The position numbers and the translations under genes were made by a program. Source: Eledone cirrhosa (lineage: Eukaryota). From it: DNA of 64,000 bases. How positions within the stretch are numbered: position 1 is the stretch's first letter; the number at the start of each line of letters is the position of its first letter. The notes under the pieces are model-generated. The model made no database searches and was not told the DNA's origin. It saw nothing but the letters and a program-made list of their open reading frames with translations. Positions 1-13,989 of the stretch are shown in pieces. The stretch is taken from NCBI GenBank assembly GCA_964016885.1, contig OZ024740.1, positions 198,338,001 through 198,402,000 on the forward strand. The letters run 5' to 3'.

Positions 1-245
<245 letters not shown>

Positions 246-1238
246 GAGAGAGTGGGAAATATGTGTGTCTTTATATATACATATACCTCACTCTTATATT
301 TTACAAATTATTATAATTAACTTTTTAACATTTTTTTATAATTTAGTTAACCTATAATTAGATATTTACTACAAAGATTTTCATAATTTTATTTCCCTCT
401 TGCAGTTCACTTTACCTAAAGTTATCTTTAACCTCACTACTTCCTTTAACCGCATCCACTATTTATCACATTTAATACCTGGGATTAGTAAATATAATTA
501 ATATCTTTAATATTATGGATGTTTAGATAGATACACTACTTTTTATAAAATGTTGTCTATTTCAGTTTTTCTATATATATTTTTTATTTTTCTAATTTCT
601 TTACTTCTTTATTTATCACATTCATAAGAATTAATATAATTTTAATTCTATATATATACCTATCAATTAATTTAATTTCCATTTATGTATCTAGGTTGCT
701 TGAAATTTAAACAGGAGTAGTATTTCTCACTAACACTCTCATCCCATAAATTTCTTTCCCTTCACTTTTAACAGCATTCTTTAATAACTTCAATTTTGGG
801 GGAATCCTTCAATATCTCCTTGACTTTACCTCATTTTAATCCCTATCTCTCTCTTCACCATTGTATTCTTTTCATTCAAAGCATACATTTACATTCTTCC
901 ACTCCTAGCATCAAGTTCTACTACTGTTATTCTATTAACTTGACCTCTAACTCTTTTCTATTGGTCAATTCAAAATCTGTTCCCAAGCAGACATTTTGTA
1001 TTAATACTTTGTTTCTTTCAATAAACATACTTCATCATTTATGAAGATGTCATATATAGGTGAAGGTATGTATATCTCCTCCGATAATTTGTAATATTTT
1101 TACATAGATCTTTAAGATGATATACATACCAACACACATATATATCCCAGAAACGATCGTAAAATGATGATTTTTTTTCAATATAAGGAACCTGTTCTTT
1201 GTTTTTATTTCATTGTTTTATTAATTTATATATATATA

Positions 1239-1295
<57 letters not shown>

Positions 1296-1786
1296 TGGAA
1301 ATCCCTGGTACTGGACGGACATATATATATACACACACTGGAATTCCCTGGTACTGGACGGACATAGAATTATAAACTAACTTTCGACAGGATAAATAGG
1401 CTGAAATAAAAACAATGATAAACCCCTATATTCCTGCAGCAAATTGCATTTGCACAGAGACCTTGAACAGAAGCCCCCTCACTTCACCAGACAATATTTC
1501 TTTATATGGATAAATTGACAATCACGGTAACTACGTATACCCTCATTTCCATGCTCGTATATGTCTCTCTATATATATCTCATATTTCATTGTACATATG
1601 TATCTCATTTTGCATCTATGTATTTGATGTATTTTTTGTATTTTTCTTCCGTATTTCATATTTTGTATTTTGTGGTTTGTTCCATCTGATAGAGATATTA
1701 ACTATGTATTCGCCTAATTACTACGTTCCATACTTATTAATATAATTTAAACATCTCCATATTTATTAGTGATTATATGTACATAT

Positions 1787-2874
1787 GGCACTACAACGGA
1801 ATTGGCTGTCAGAAGTGAAAGTAGAAGAATGTGACGTCAATCTGACGTCATTCGTCAACCTTCTCAATCGTCAAACCTTCGTTTATTTCCGTATCACCAC
1901 CACCACCATGTGTAAATAATTAAATTTTGAAATCACCACGTTGATACAAAACTTAGTTTTTCACTTTGGGGTAATACACGTATTTGCAACTTTAAAAATA
2001 TGAATTCAACATTATACCCCAGCGTAAATGGAATTAATCATCGCGATATTTCCATCGCTACCGCTACTACAGCAGATACCATTAATTGATTGAAAAAACA
2101 TTGACTTAATCCTGTATGTTATTAAAAGGTTCCTGAGTAGTACAGTAAATTAAAGTCTTTACGAACGGAACTATGCAATGAAAGTATTTTAATAAGTGTA
2201 TCTCGTCTAAACGTATCTCTTAGAAATTCATAAATGGCTGTGTAAACCCTTACACTTTAAAACAAAATTACAAACCAATTATGTGGTCATTGAAGTTGCT
2301 AGAAATAGCAAGCAAATCTTATACCCTCTACCACATTAAAAAAAGAAAGAACGAAAACGGGAGTAACTCGTTAATATTTATTGAAATATTCGAAGGATTA
2401 CTGCTTCGGACGTGATAAAAATGAAATTATATAGAGAATTTTAAATATTTCGAAAGCACAAGCAATCGTCAAGGACCTTATATACTAATTCCTTTCTTTC
2501 TGTGTTCGTGGCAGCTGGCAGCTGAGTATCAACCATCCATAAATAATTTTTACCCGTTAAGAATCTCAATAGGGAAAATTTTCTTCAATTTCTGCCAGTA
2601 TTACAAAACAAGGTTATATTGTAGTTACCCGCGTTAAATTGTTTTTTTTTAAAGAAAGTCGGTATTGTCAGTAGTGTCGGCCCCATGAACTCCATTTGTT
2701 TTCTAATTTGATAACTATGACTATGCATCAACGTGGTGATTTCAAAGTTTATTTATTTACACATGGTGGTGGTGGTGATACGGAAATAAACGAAGGGTTG
2801 ACGATTCAGAAGGTTGACGAATGACGACACACTCTTCTACTTTCACTTCTGACAGCCAATTCCGTTGTAGTGCC
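1787..2874. mobile_element. Non-autonomous TIR DNA transposon, Merlin-like
   Basis: TIRs of about 150-160 bp (GGCACTACAACGGAATTGGCTGTCAGAAGTG... / ...CCAATTCCGTTGTAGTGCC). Exact 8-bp TSD GTACATAT at 1779..1786 and 2875..2882. GG-starting TIRs (GGNRM) with an 8-bp TSD fit Merlin. No transposase ORF. Confidence 0.75.
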
Positions 2875-3407
2875 GTACATATATTTCTTTACTTACTTCA
2901 ATCTAGATTCTAACTTGTAATTTTTTTAATTTAAAAGTTTTAAAAAAAAATTTTTTTTTAAATATTTTTGATTTCTAATTTTTAGTTTTAATTTCCAATC
3001 TCAGTCATAATCTTCACTGTGAAACCATAATACCTAGAAATAAATATATTTTCTCTTAGCGGGAGATAGTCAATTCTACTTTCCATGCTTAATTTAGAGG
3101 TAGTATTGAGACCTATTGATACTCATACTCTCCCACCCCCACTGACTTTCGGACGGCTAGCAGTAAACTATAGCCGTTTCATATTACAGGTTGGAAGGGG
3201 ACATTGTTTTGACCTGCCTAGGATAGTTTCGTAGAACACTGGCGGTAGTTGTTGGTCAACTTCCTTCGAACCTGCGCCTGTGCAGACCGGTGGGGGTGAA
3301 TTGGGACACACAAGGGAACGGGCGAAGAACCCAAGAGCACACGCTTTGTCCGTTCCCATGTCGATTCAATTTGGATTGCTCGGAAACATAACCTTATTAT
3401 GTAACAA

Positions 3408-3481
3408 GCTGTCTGATGATGTCACAGCACTGGCGCGCCGAATCGTGTGGCCACTGTCGTCATTGAAATATGTATCACAGC
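3408..3481 (+). ncRNA. Type I hammerhead ribozyme motif
   Basis: GCTGT-CTGATGA-(irregular stem II, ACAG..CTGT)-GAAA-TATGTA-TC-ACAGC. Perfect 5-bp stem I, AUC cleavage triplet, near-palindromic stem III. Confidence 0.65.
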
Positions 3482-3527
3482 ATTATCATTAAAGGACTTT
3501 AACATCTGAAACTACTTCGCTTTTTCT

Positions 3528-3607
<80 letters not shown>

Positions 3608-3708
3608 TGGACAGAATTGCTTCTCTATATTTCACTCTCATTTCGGGAACAATTTTGAATAGCGCCACTTTGTGATCTCGGGAATTTTATATTCTCCGAG
3701 TGAAAAGA

Positions 3709-3793
3709 ATCCTCTGACGACAGTCTTCCTTTTCAATGGTTTTCCGCATGGATTATCCATTTATTTTGAGACTTGAAACCGTACGGTATGGGT
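3709..3793 (+). ncRNA. Type I hammerhead ribozyme motif, copy 1
   Basis: ATCCT-CTGACGA-CAGTCTT...GAGACTT-GAAA-CCGTACGG-TA-TGGGT. The first pairs of stem II and stem I are mismatched. Confidence 0.6.
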
Positions 3794-4222
3794 AATTACA
3801 GCACGTACAGTGAACTTTTTGAAATTTATTAAAAAACTTTTTCTTATTTGATAAACCATGATTATATATGTTCTGGCTCGTTAATTTATAAACCTGCCAT
3901 AGAACCACATTGGCATACGGTTGGATAATACATGTGTCCCTATATGTATTTTGCATGTAGGGATACATACTTTGCATGTAGGGATACATTGCATGTAGGG
4001 ATACATACTTTATTATTATTAATCTCCCCTGGTCAAGATAACATTTTGGTCGTTTTAACTGCTGCTATTTCTAGTGACAGTAGATTGACCTTTCCGCCTC
4101 TGCCTTCTATCTTTGCACACGGCACTGGACAGAATTACTTCTCTATCATTCACTCTCATCTCGGGAACAATTTTGAATTCGTGATTTGAACTCGGGAATA
4201 TTATATTCTCCGAGTGAAAAGA

Positions 4223-4307
4223 ACCCTCTGACGAGGGTCTTCCTTTTCAATGGTTTTCCGCATGGATTATCCATTTATTTTGAGACTTGAAACCGTACGG
4301 TAAGTGT
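4223..4307 (+). ncRNA. Type I hammerhead ribozyme motif, copy 2
   Basis: ACCCT-CTGACGA-GGGTCTT...GAGACTT-GAAA-CCGTACGG-TA-AGTGT. Palindromic stem III ACCGTACGGT, GUA triplet. Confidence 0.7.
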
Positions 4308-4373
4308 AATTACAGCAGGTACAGTAAACTTATTGAAATTTATTTTAAAACTTTTTCTTATTTGCTAAACCTT

Positions 4374-4443
<70 letters not shown>

Positions 4444-4694
4444 CATTGCCAGAATTAATATAGATGGCGTAGACATACAACACAACAGGAGGAAACATAA
4501 TAGCACCACTGACGATGTTGCAGATGTGCAAGGAAAGAACTTTGTTAGACTATATATATGTGTTTGCGTCTATATTATATCTGTATTTTTTACCGTTGGT
4601 CAGTCAATAGTAAACATTGAGGACCGAATAAATTGACTGATATAAAAGATACAGAAGCGAAAACCAACCAAACAGTGAGTGTGTTCTGTTATTA

Positions 4695-4754
<60 letters not shown>

Positions 4755-5075
4755 CATATACACATATATACATGCGTGAGTATTTCGGGTTATTGACTTA
4801 ATATATGTATCCAACTGACCAGACAGCCGAAAAAGTAAAAAACAAATTAGTAAGATATAATTATGAACACACGCACGCTCACACGCGCAACTCGTACATA
4901 ACACATTGGTGAACAAAAATACATATACTTAGATAAGAGTATTTAAATGAATATATATATAGACACACATACACACACATATATACATATATACATACAT
5001 ACACATATATATATATACGCTGGGTCTGTCAACTTCTTATTATATATATATATATATACACGCACACACATATAT

Positions 5076-5136
<61 letters not shown>

Positions 5137-5150
5137 GTTTGTATATGTAT

Positions 5151-5336
5151 AATAAAGCCAAAACAATGCAGGTATGGACATAGAATAAAGAATGCAAATG
5201 CAAAAGATAATGTTGACAATTAGTCTTTTACCTTAGATTTATTTAAGTGTCCTAGGTGAAAGACTAATTGTCAACAATATCTTTGGCATTTGCATTCTTT
5301 ATTCTATGTCTATACCTGCATTGTTTTGGCTTTATT
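5151..5336. repeat. Long fold-back palindrome
   Basis: Arms 5151..5233 and 5254..5336 are near-perfect reverse complements, with a loop of about 20 nt. Confidence 0.9.
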
Positions 5337-5591
5337 CCTCAGCCGGATGGCTGAAACAGGTAAAAGAGATACAAACGTTTATACCTCATTACACAATGCT
5401 TCAAATGAACTATAACTTCCTCCATATATATATATTACTCACTATTTTAAAAATTTGGACGTGAACAACAATTATAATTGAGTGGCTGCTATTGGCAGTA
5501 TAGCAATATAAGGTTGCACTTACCAATGAAACGGTCGTATATACCTGGATAAAATCATTCTCTTAATGCTTACCTGTGTTTTCTCTTTTAT

Positions 5592-6349
<758 letters not shown>

Positions 6350-7020
6350 ATATATACACGTACATAGACATACAACATGCAAACATACACAGACATATGC
6401 ACAAACAAATAATACTTACATACACACAGACACATTTATAAAATCGGAATAGAATGAAAATAAATTAATTAGACGAAAAATATTGAAATGCAAACGAAAT
6501 TATGCGTGCACATATATGCGTATATAAACTGATACAGAATATAGAGATAAGAAATACTGACAGGAATATATTTATATATAAACACACACACACATATACA
6601 CGCGCATATATACACACTCATATATACACACCCACTTAGACACACACACACATATATATACGCATACATACACGCACACACATACACACAGACACGCACA
6701 CACACATATATATACATGCAAACACACATATGTGTATATATAAAAATATATATTTGTAAATATATACACAGACACATGCATAAATAAATATACACACATA
6801 CATTTACATATATGAAACAAGAAAAGATAAAAAAAAGGAAAAATATAAAAATACACAAATATACATACGCATGTACGCAGGCATAGAAGTGTGGAAATGC
6901 ATATAATTGGAAAAGTGTGTATATACACTGCTAAATAAATATATATAGATAAAATTATATACACTATAAGATATAAAGCGCGTATACGTACGTACATAAA
7001 CGCATATACATAAATATATA

Positions 7021-7134
<114 letters not shown>

Positions 7135-7149
7135 CTCATATACAAATAT

Positions 7150-7484
<335 letters not shown>

Positions 7485-7987
7485 CGTGTGTGTGTAACGT
7501 CTTTTATCTGTGAAGCTGACTTTTGTGTTACTTCCACTCTCTGTACCTTCTCTAGTACCGATGAAGCATTAATGTCCAACAGGTCGAACTTTAGTTTTTC
7601 TCTTTTGAAACGTAAACCTAAGAAGATTATTGCTGTATCTCTCTATGTCTGTCCTTTTTCACTGTATACATACATAACACACATGCCCCCCCCCCACATA
7701 TATATATATATATATAATGAAAAATAAAAGTTACAGGCGAAAGAGAGGAATATCCATCGTCAGTTGTCTGCTGGGAATCTTAGGTATTTCTTCCCGTTAG
7801 AGACAATATACATCAGCCTAGGGTGAACAATAACTAAAATAAGTTATTAGGATAAAATGGGGGGGGGGGGGGGAATGTAATCAGACACAAAAGAAAAGTT
7901 ACGGGCGAAAGAGAGGAATATCCATCGTCAGTTGTCTGACGCTGAATATTCCTCTCTGTCGCCCGTAACTTTTATTTTTCATAATAC

Positions 7988-8154
7988 TGGCAGTATCGGT
8001 AGAGGGTCGGACGCCATGCTTTGCAGCAAAGAGTTACGGCCCTTTATGGTCTGAGTTCAAATCCCGCCGAGGTTAACTTTGCCTTTCATCCTTACGGGGT
8101 CGATAAAATAAAGTACCTGGGATAATTGCTGGCCTTGTGCCAAAAGTAGAAACA
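7988..8154 (+). mobile_element. tRNA-derived SINE
   Basis: A box TGGCAGTATCGG, B box GAGTTCAAATCC, core AACTTTGCCTTTCATCCTTACGGGGTCGATAAAATAAAGTACC, tail GGCCTTGTGCCAAAAGTAGAAACA. Confidence 0.85.
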
Positions 8155-8627
8155 ATTATACTTAAATGCAACCACACAGCCCGCCATTTTATTCATATAA
8201 ACTTCCTTCTTCGCTGTTACCCGTCGCTCTTCTCTCCCCTTGTTGCTATCCTCTCTCTCCCCCTTATCTCTCATTCTCCCTCTTACTTTCACTCACTCCC
8301 TCTCTGCTAGTCACCCTCTCTCCGCTAGCTCACTTCCCCCCTCGTCCGCCACTGTACGCAGTCTCTTCTCTCGCTAACATGGCTACAGTGAAGACGTATC
8401 TTTTTTCTCTCTCGTCAAAATTCACCGGTTCTTACGTTCGAAATTAGTTGTTGACTTGATATTTTTCCTATTTTTCCTCTCTTTACGTTGCTTCACCCTT
8501 CGTGCCTGCTTACATGCCCCCCCCCCCCTTTTTATCCCAATAACATATCTTAGTTATTTTTCGCCCTAGGCTGAGGTATATTCTCTCTAACGCGAAGAAA
8601 TACCTATGATCCCTATTAGACAACTCA

Positions 8628-8702
<75 letters not shown>

Positions 8703-8840
8703 TATATTAAAGAGTTAAACAAGATTCAATGATTACAATGATTGCAGTAGATTGGAAACACTCTCAGAAAAATATTTTCCAGAGTTATTAATATTAAAAT
8801 TCAAATATTAATAAAATAGATGTTCTTGTGATCAATTAAA

Positions 8841-8903
8841 TTTGATTATACATATTTCAGAGGTACTTGAATCAGGTTGAACAGTACATCCTCATCAGAT
8901 AAA
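8841..8903 (-). ncRNA. Type I hammerhead ribozyme motif
   Basis: Minus strand: TTTAT-CTGATGA-GGATGTAC..GTACCTCT-GAAA-TATGTA-TA-ATCAAA. Confidence 0.55.
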
Positions 8904-9502
8904 ATAAAATGGTACATGACAAAACCTGAGATGTTAGATGGTTAATATTTAATCCAGTTTTTCACCCATATTTTCATATATTTACCCAAACTGCAATTCT
9001 GTGTTTCTCTCTTACTCTCTTACTGCTCCCTCGTTCTCTCTGTTTCTCTTACTTTCTTTCGTCCCCTCTGCCACGTCAGTTAACTCTTTCTCTCTACTGA
9101 CCTCTTCCTCGCACTCCCACTCACTCAGTCCCTGTTTCTCCCCTTCTTTCTTCCTCCCGTTCGCTGGGAAAAAGGTTTTCATACTTTCTAACACCGGATT
9201 CACTAGCGAAAGGTCTGTTCTGACTCGCTCATATATTCACACAGCTTATGCTGAAAGAATAACTATGTTGCTTGTGTTTATTTCCATCTTCGGTTAGCTT
9301 CCCCCTGTGTTGTTTACTTGTCTCACTCGCTTTACGCGTTTCTATTGTCCTAATAACTTATTTTAGTTATTATCGCTCCAACGTGAGGTATATGATTTTT
9401 AATGCGATGAAATACCCATGATCGTTTGGTAAATCACTGATGAGGGACTCATTTTATAACATGTTATCCATGTGCAACCAGCAGTATTCTTCTCACCCCT
9501 AT

Positions 9503-9550
<48 letters not shown>

Positions 9551-9652
9551 TAAAATAACAGATTAATATTTGCTCTACGGTTCTTATATATTTGATATAT
9601 ATTTATCCTTATCGAGGCCTCTTTGGATTTTAGTCTTCAAATTTATTATTAT

Positions 9653-9698
<46 letters not shown>

Positions 9699-9984
9699 GT
9701 TTGTGTGTGTGCTTGTGTGTGTGTGTGTAAATCAGTAGCTGCTGTCAAATATATGATTTTAGACATGAAATAACACCTAGAATAAATATTATTTAGTAAT
9801 TTGAATGTTTCGTGAGAAATAGTCATTTGTTTTTTTTTGATAGAATGTGAGCATCGAATAAGTGAATAAGCTAGTCTTGTGATAATGTACAGTTATATAT
9901 GTAGAATCATCTGGAATACCCGAGGGAGTGAATCAATAAATCAGATATTTTAGGTGATTTATTTTAGAAATTATACAAGATAAT

Positions 9985-10163
9985 TGTTTCTACTTTTGGC
10001 ACAAGGCCAGCAAACACCCAGTTCATTACTGGTACTTTATTTTATCGACCCTGTAAGGATGAAAGGCAAAGTTAACCTCGATGGGATTTGAACTCACACC
10101 GTAAAGGGACGTAACTGTGCTGGAAAGCATGGCGTTCGATCCTCTACTGCCAATTCACCGCCC
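9985..10163 (-). mobile_element. tRNA-derived SINE with 14-bp TSD
   Basis: Same family as the 7988 copy. TSD TTATACAAGATAAT at 9971..9984 and 10164..10177. Confidence 0.85.
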
Positions 10164-10299
10164 TTATACAAGATAATATATATTAAATAACACGAGTGTT
10201 TCTCGTTCTCTGTTTTCAATATAAACCGGAATTACTTACAAATATCTTGACTGAAAAATACTCCTGTATAAGTTGATTTATTTAGATTAAATTTATGGA

Positions 10300-10597
10300 G
10301 TCGACTAATATATTGATTCTACTTTCTATAATAAAACAATGAATTACTTTAATAATACCGAAGTATCTAAAGAAACAAAATACATATAGCTGCGAAGCTT
10401 TTATAAATATTTTCATTTGTGCACACCAGGTTATAATAATGTAGAAAAATAATTGCCTCATTTAAACATTTATATTCAGGATAATACTTGAATTTACAAA
10501 TGTGGATATGTTGTTTGCAAAGAATTAGTTGCTTCCAGGTGATATAGAAAAGCAAAGATTTGAGGTAAAAATATGTGTTGTGGTCAACTTTACACAT
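10300..10597 (-). mobile_element. Degenerate Penelope-like GIY-YIG C-terminal remnant
   Basis: ITWKQL..CK...CLNEAII resembles the W.I...C..CL.E end of PLE endonucleases. Confidence 0.35.
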
Positions 10598-10856
10598 GTG
10601 TATATGTATGTATGTCTATATTAAGATGTACAAGGAGAGAACATGTATATTATACTTAAAAACCCGTAGAGTGCTCTGAATCAGTTATAAACATTTATAT
10701 TTGTTGAATTACCAACAAATTGAATATCCCTTCTGCTTATATATATATATTTATTAAAATAACAGATTAAAGTTTAAGCAAAGAATCGCTGCTTTCACCC
10801 TTAAGGGGATCATCTGAAACTAAAAAAATCAATCTGTGAACTAAATTTATTATTAT

Positions 10857-10918
<62 letters not shown>

Positions 10919-10937
10919 ATATAAATAAATATATATG

Positions 10938-11010
<73 letters not shown>

Positions 11011-11232
11011 GTGGAGAGAGAAAGGTGGAGAGAACCAGGTGGTGAGTAATTTTAATTACTACAAGTGGTACATACTGGAGCGCTCAATGATTTTACAAGA
11101 ATTGGATATTCAGTGTTAAATATATGGATTAATACCGACACGCGTTTATAATTAGCATGAAATGCATACGGTTTATATAAAGAAAGAGGTCGAAATCGCT
11201 TGCAAGCAACTAGATTTTAGAATTGATTAAAA

Positions 11233-11478
<246 letters not shown>

Positions 11479-12017
11479 GTTTTGTCTTAGTAACTTTGTG
11501 GTTGAATGCATGGGGATGCAGAACAATATATATAATTGCTGGCATAGGTATGCATCTGTATATATATGTTAGTAGATATACTAATTCTTTATAATTACCT
11601 CCAAATTATTTTGTTGAGCCAAAGTTGGCCAAAACTACTACTATAGTTCATAGTAATGGTTCGGCTGCTGTCTTCTTAACAAACCACACCTCACTGATTA
11701 ACCTCGATGTCACATGATTGATTCTTTTGAATTTGCCACCGACGCAGTAGGCAGTGATTTTTTGAATGGCTTGGAACTTAGTCCACGCTTTGCTTTTTTC
11801 CATCCACTGAATTATTTTTGTATAAGTTCCCTGTGTCCACGCATTCCCTGGAAACTTAGCTGAGAATAGACTTCCCTGATGACGAAAGGTTTCTCCGTGC
11901 GTTTCTTCGGAAACCATGTTTATTCCCTTTCAGAAACTAATTAGTTGGAGTGAAATTTTAGTAAGTAAGTTAATTTTTATAATTTTCTTATTTTACGTCT
12001 TTCATATATATATATAT

Positions 12018-12205
12018 AACGAAGGAATTGTGGTAGGAACCGGATGGACCATAACGCAACAAAGTAGTCAATACTTAGGGTAGTAGAGTGAGTAATAGGA
12101 ACAAATATGACCCCGACGGCAGAGCTCAAGCCGTTTCGACGGCTATTAGTCCAGAAATAGCCGTCTAAACGGCTTGAACTCTGCCGTTGTGGTCATACTT
12201 GTTCC
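12018..12205. repeat. Dispersed repeat ending in a fold-back palindrome with 50-bp arms
   Basis: Arms 12098..12147 and 12156..12205. The same family and pivot recur at 20693..20888, with a related fragment at about 62225..62280. Confidence 0.85.
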
Positions 12206-12244
12206 GATATATATATATATATGTATATATATGTATATATATAT

Positions 12245-12335
<91 letters not shown>

Positions 12336-12347
12336 TATATATATATA

Positions 12348-12406
<59 letters not shown>

Positions 12407-12531
12407 TATCCGATATTCTAATGCCACTGCGAATTCGCTGAATATGGTATATATATATATATATATACATATATGAAATAATTAAGTCAAATATGTAAAA
12501 TTTGTCTTCGTATATTACAAATTATAGATAT

Positions 12532-12586
12532 ACTGGTACATATATTTCGGTGACAGCCATCATTGTCTGTGACCTCTTCAGGCAGT
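12532..12586 (-). ncRNA. Type I hammerhead ribozyme motif at a PLE-like 3' end
   Basis: Minus strand: ACTGC-CTGAAGA-GGTCACAG..CTGTCACC-GAAA-TATATG-TA-CCAGT. It lies downstream of a PLE-like C-terminal peptide, NGGGQLYLNKNYYNRL. Confidence 0.65.
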
Positions 12587-13369
12587 CCGAATTGGTGTGG
12601 GAAAGACAAGTGGACATGTTGTTGAAGTGTGTTTTACTCCGTCAATACTCCGATATGTCCAGCTCCTGGTAGTGTTGTTATTTCTCTGATGAACTGGAAA
12701 CATATGAGTTAGAACAAACGAATTCCGGCGTCATAGGACACGCTCGCATCCCATTGGTCAGTTGTGAGAACATTTCTCAGTCAAAAGTCTATAGAAATTT
12801 TTCTGAGGGAAGACAATCTGTTGTAGTAGTTTTTGTTTAAGTAAAGCTGACCTCCTCCATTGTGTTGGTAGTGGTAGTGGTGTTGAGGGGTCAGCTGGTA
12901 GGTCAGTTTTAGTGTGCTGCTGCTATGTTCAGAAGAATTTGCGTGTATAGGTTGGCATCTATCCTGCCACCATTTCACGTGGTGGGGGTCAAATAAATAA
13001 AAAAATAAAAAATGCGTGTGTGTTACAACTAATATCAAAATTTGAAAGATTTGAAAAATGTTAGAAAAATATTAACTGAAGTAGAAAACCTGTGTGTCAG
13101 AATCGAGAAGTGTAAATAATTACAATTCTTACACTATCATCGAGTGGTCCGTTTTAAGAGCAAATGAGATAAGAGTGGAGTGTTAAACCTCAAATCCTGA
13201 GCGTCAAATTCCGGAAATGCAAAGGACTACAGTTCCTATTTCGGCATAAAGTACATATGCGTGTATGTCAACGCACATCGTTGCAAGCACTCACACACAG
13301 CCACACACAGGCTCAGGTGCATTCCATATCTCTCTCTATATATACACACACACACACACATACACACAT

Positions 13370-13446
<77 letters not shown>

Positions 13447-13519
13447 ACATATATGTAAGTATCTATGTATGTATAATTTTAAACAAGAGTATCTATGTAT
13501 GGACATATGTACAAGTATG

Positions 13520-13958
13520 TGTTGCTATAGGAGTCGATCGAGGCAGGAGTAGGGGTGGTGAGTGTGTAGGTTTACCTTGGGCTCGGTGTGGCAGAGCTAC
13601 TTTCCCTATAGCTTGAGGGAAGTTCCCATCCCAATGTGTTATTATTGTCCATATAGCTTGAGGAAGGTCCCGGCTCTGAGGTGTCTACATGTCCCGAAGA
13701 AGTCGGACCCGAGGTTTTTTAGGCTGCTTCCACCGCTGAGTATCTCGAGGGGCTCGCTAAGACATAGTTTGCAGATACCAGATTCCCCTCTATCAGGTGG
13801 TACTTTCCTGATTTTGGACCATGCCAGAGAGTACAGGGTCCTGTCCAGCTTGAGCTTCCAGGTCAGTTCGGAAAGAGCCGTACTTTTCCTCTTGTCCTCC
13901 CTATTAAAGAAATGTCGATGTTTATACCATCGGTCTTTGAAGCTCGTTGACGTGTCTT
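13520..13958 (-). mobile_element. Penelope-like element, GIY-YIG endonuclease C-terminal fragment
   Basis: Minus-strand translation: SFKDRWYKHRH...STALSELTWKLK...LAWSKI...ICKLCLSE...GTCRH, typical of PLE endonuclease C-termini. Confidence 0.7.
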
Positions 13959-13989
13959 CTATATATATATATTCAACATCTTTAGACTG

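Larger units (their letters stand above)
3606..4378 (+). mobile_element. Non-coding partial-tandem repeat with two hammerhead motifs (retrozyme/PLE pseudo-LTR-like)
   Basis: Direct repeats of about 260 bp (3606..3866 and 4123..4378), each with CTGACGA...GAAACCGTACGGTA. Flanked by (TA)n on both sides. Internal TTGCATGTAGGGATACAT x3. Confidence 0.75.

Noticed and set aside
1286-1366. Tandem duplication ACACACTGGAA.TCCCTGGTACTGGACGGACATA
   Set aside because: Local slippage next to (TA)n; no further structure.
3943-4010. TTGCATGTAGGGATACAT x3 as a CRISPR-like array
   Set aside because: No unique spacers, eukaryotic context; simple slippage duplication.
5337-5372. CAGCC..GGCT-GAAACAGGTAAAAGAG as a hammerhead
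   Set aside because: No CTGANGA core on this strand; looks like a SINE-type tail.
7988-8065. tRNA gene
   Set aside because: The A/B boxes belong to SINE heads; no cloverleaf or Pol III terminator.
11875-11900. CTGATGA-C-GAAA
   Set aside because: Only one base between the core boxes and no supporting stems.
11600-11917. Possible transposase C-terminal remnant (piggyBac-like)
   Set aside because: Only vague similarity across frames; no TIR or TTAA boundaries identified.
12682-12715. Plus-strand CTGATGA-ACTG-GAAA-CATATG
   Set aside because: No stem II and no UH after the palindrome; likely chance.
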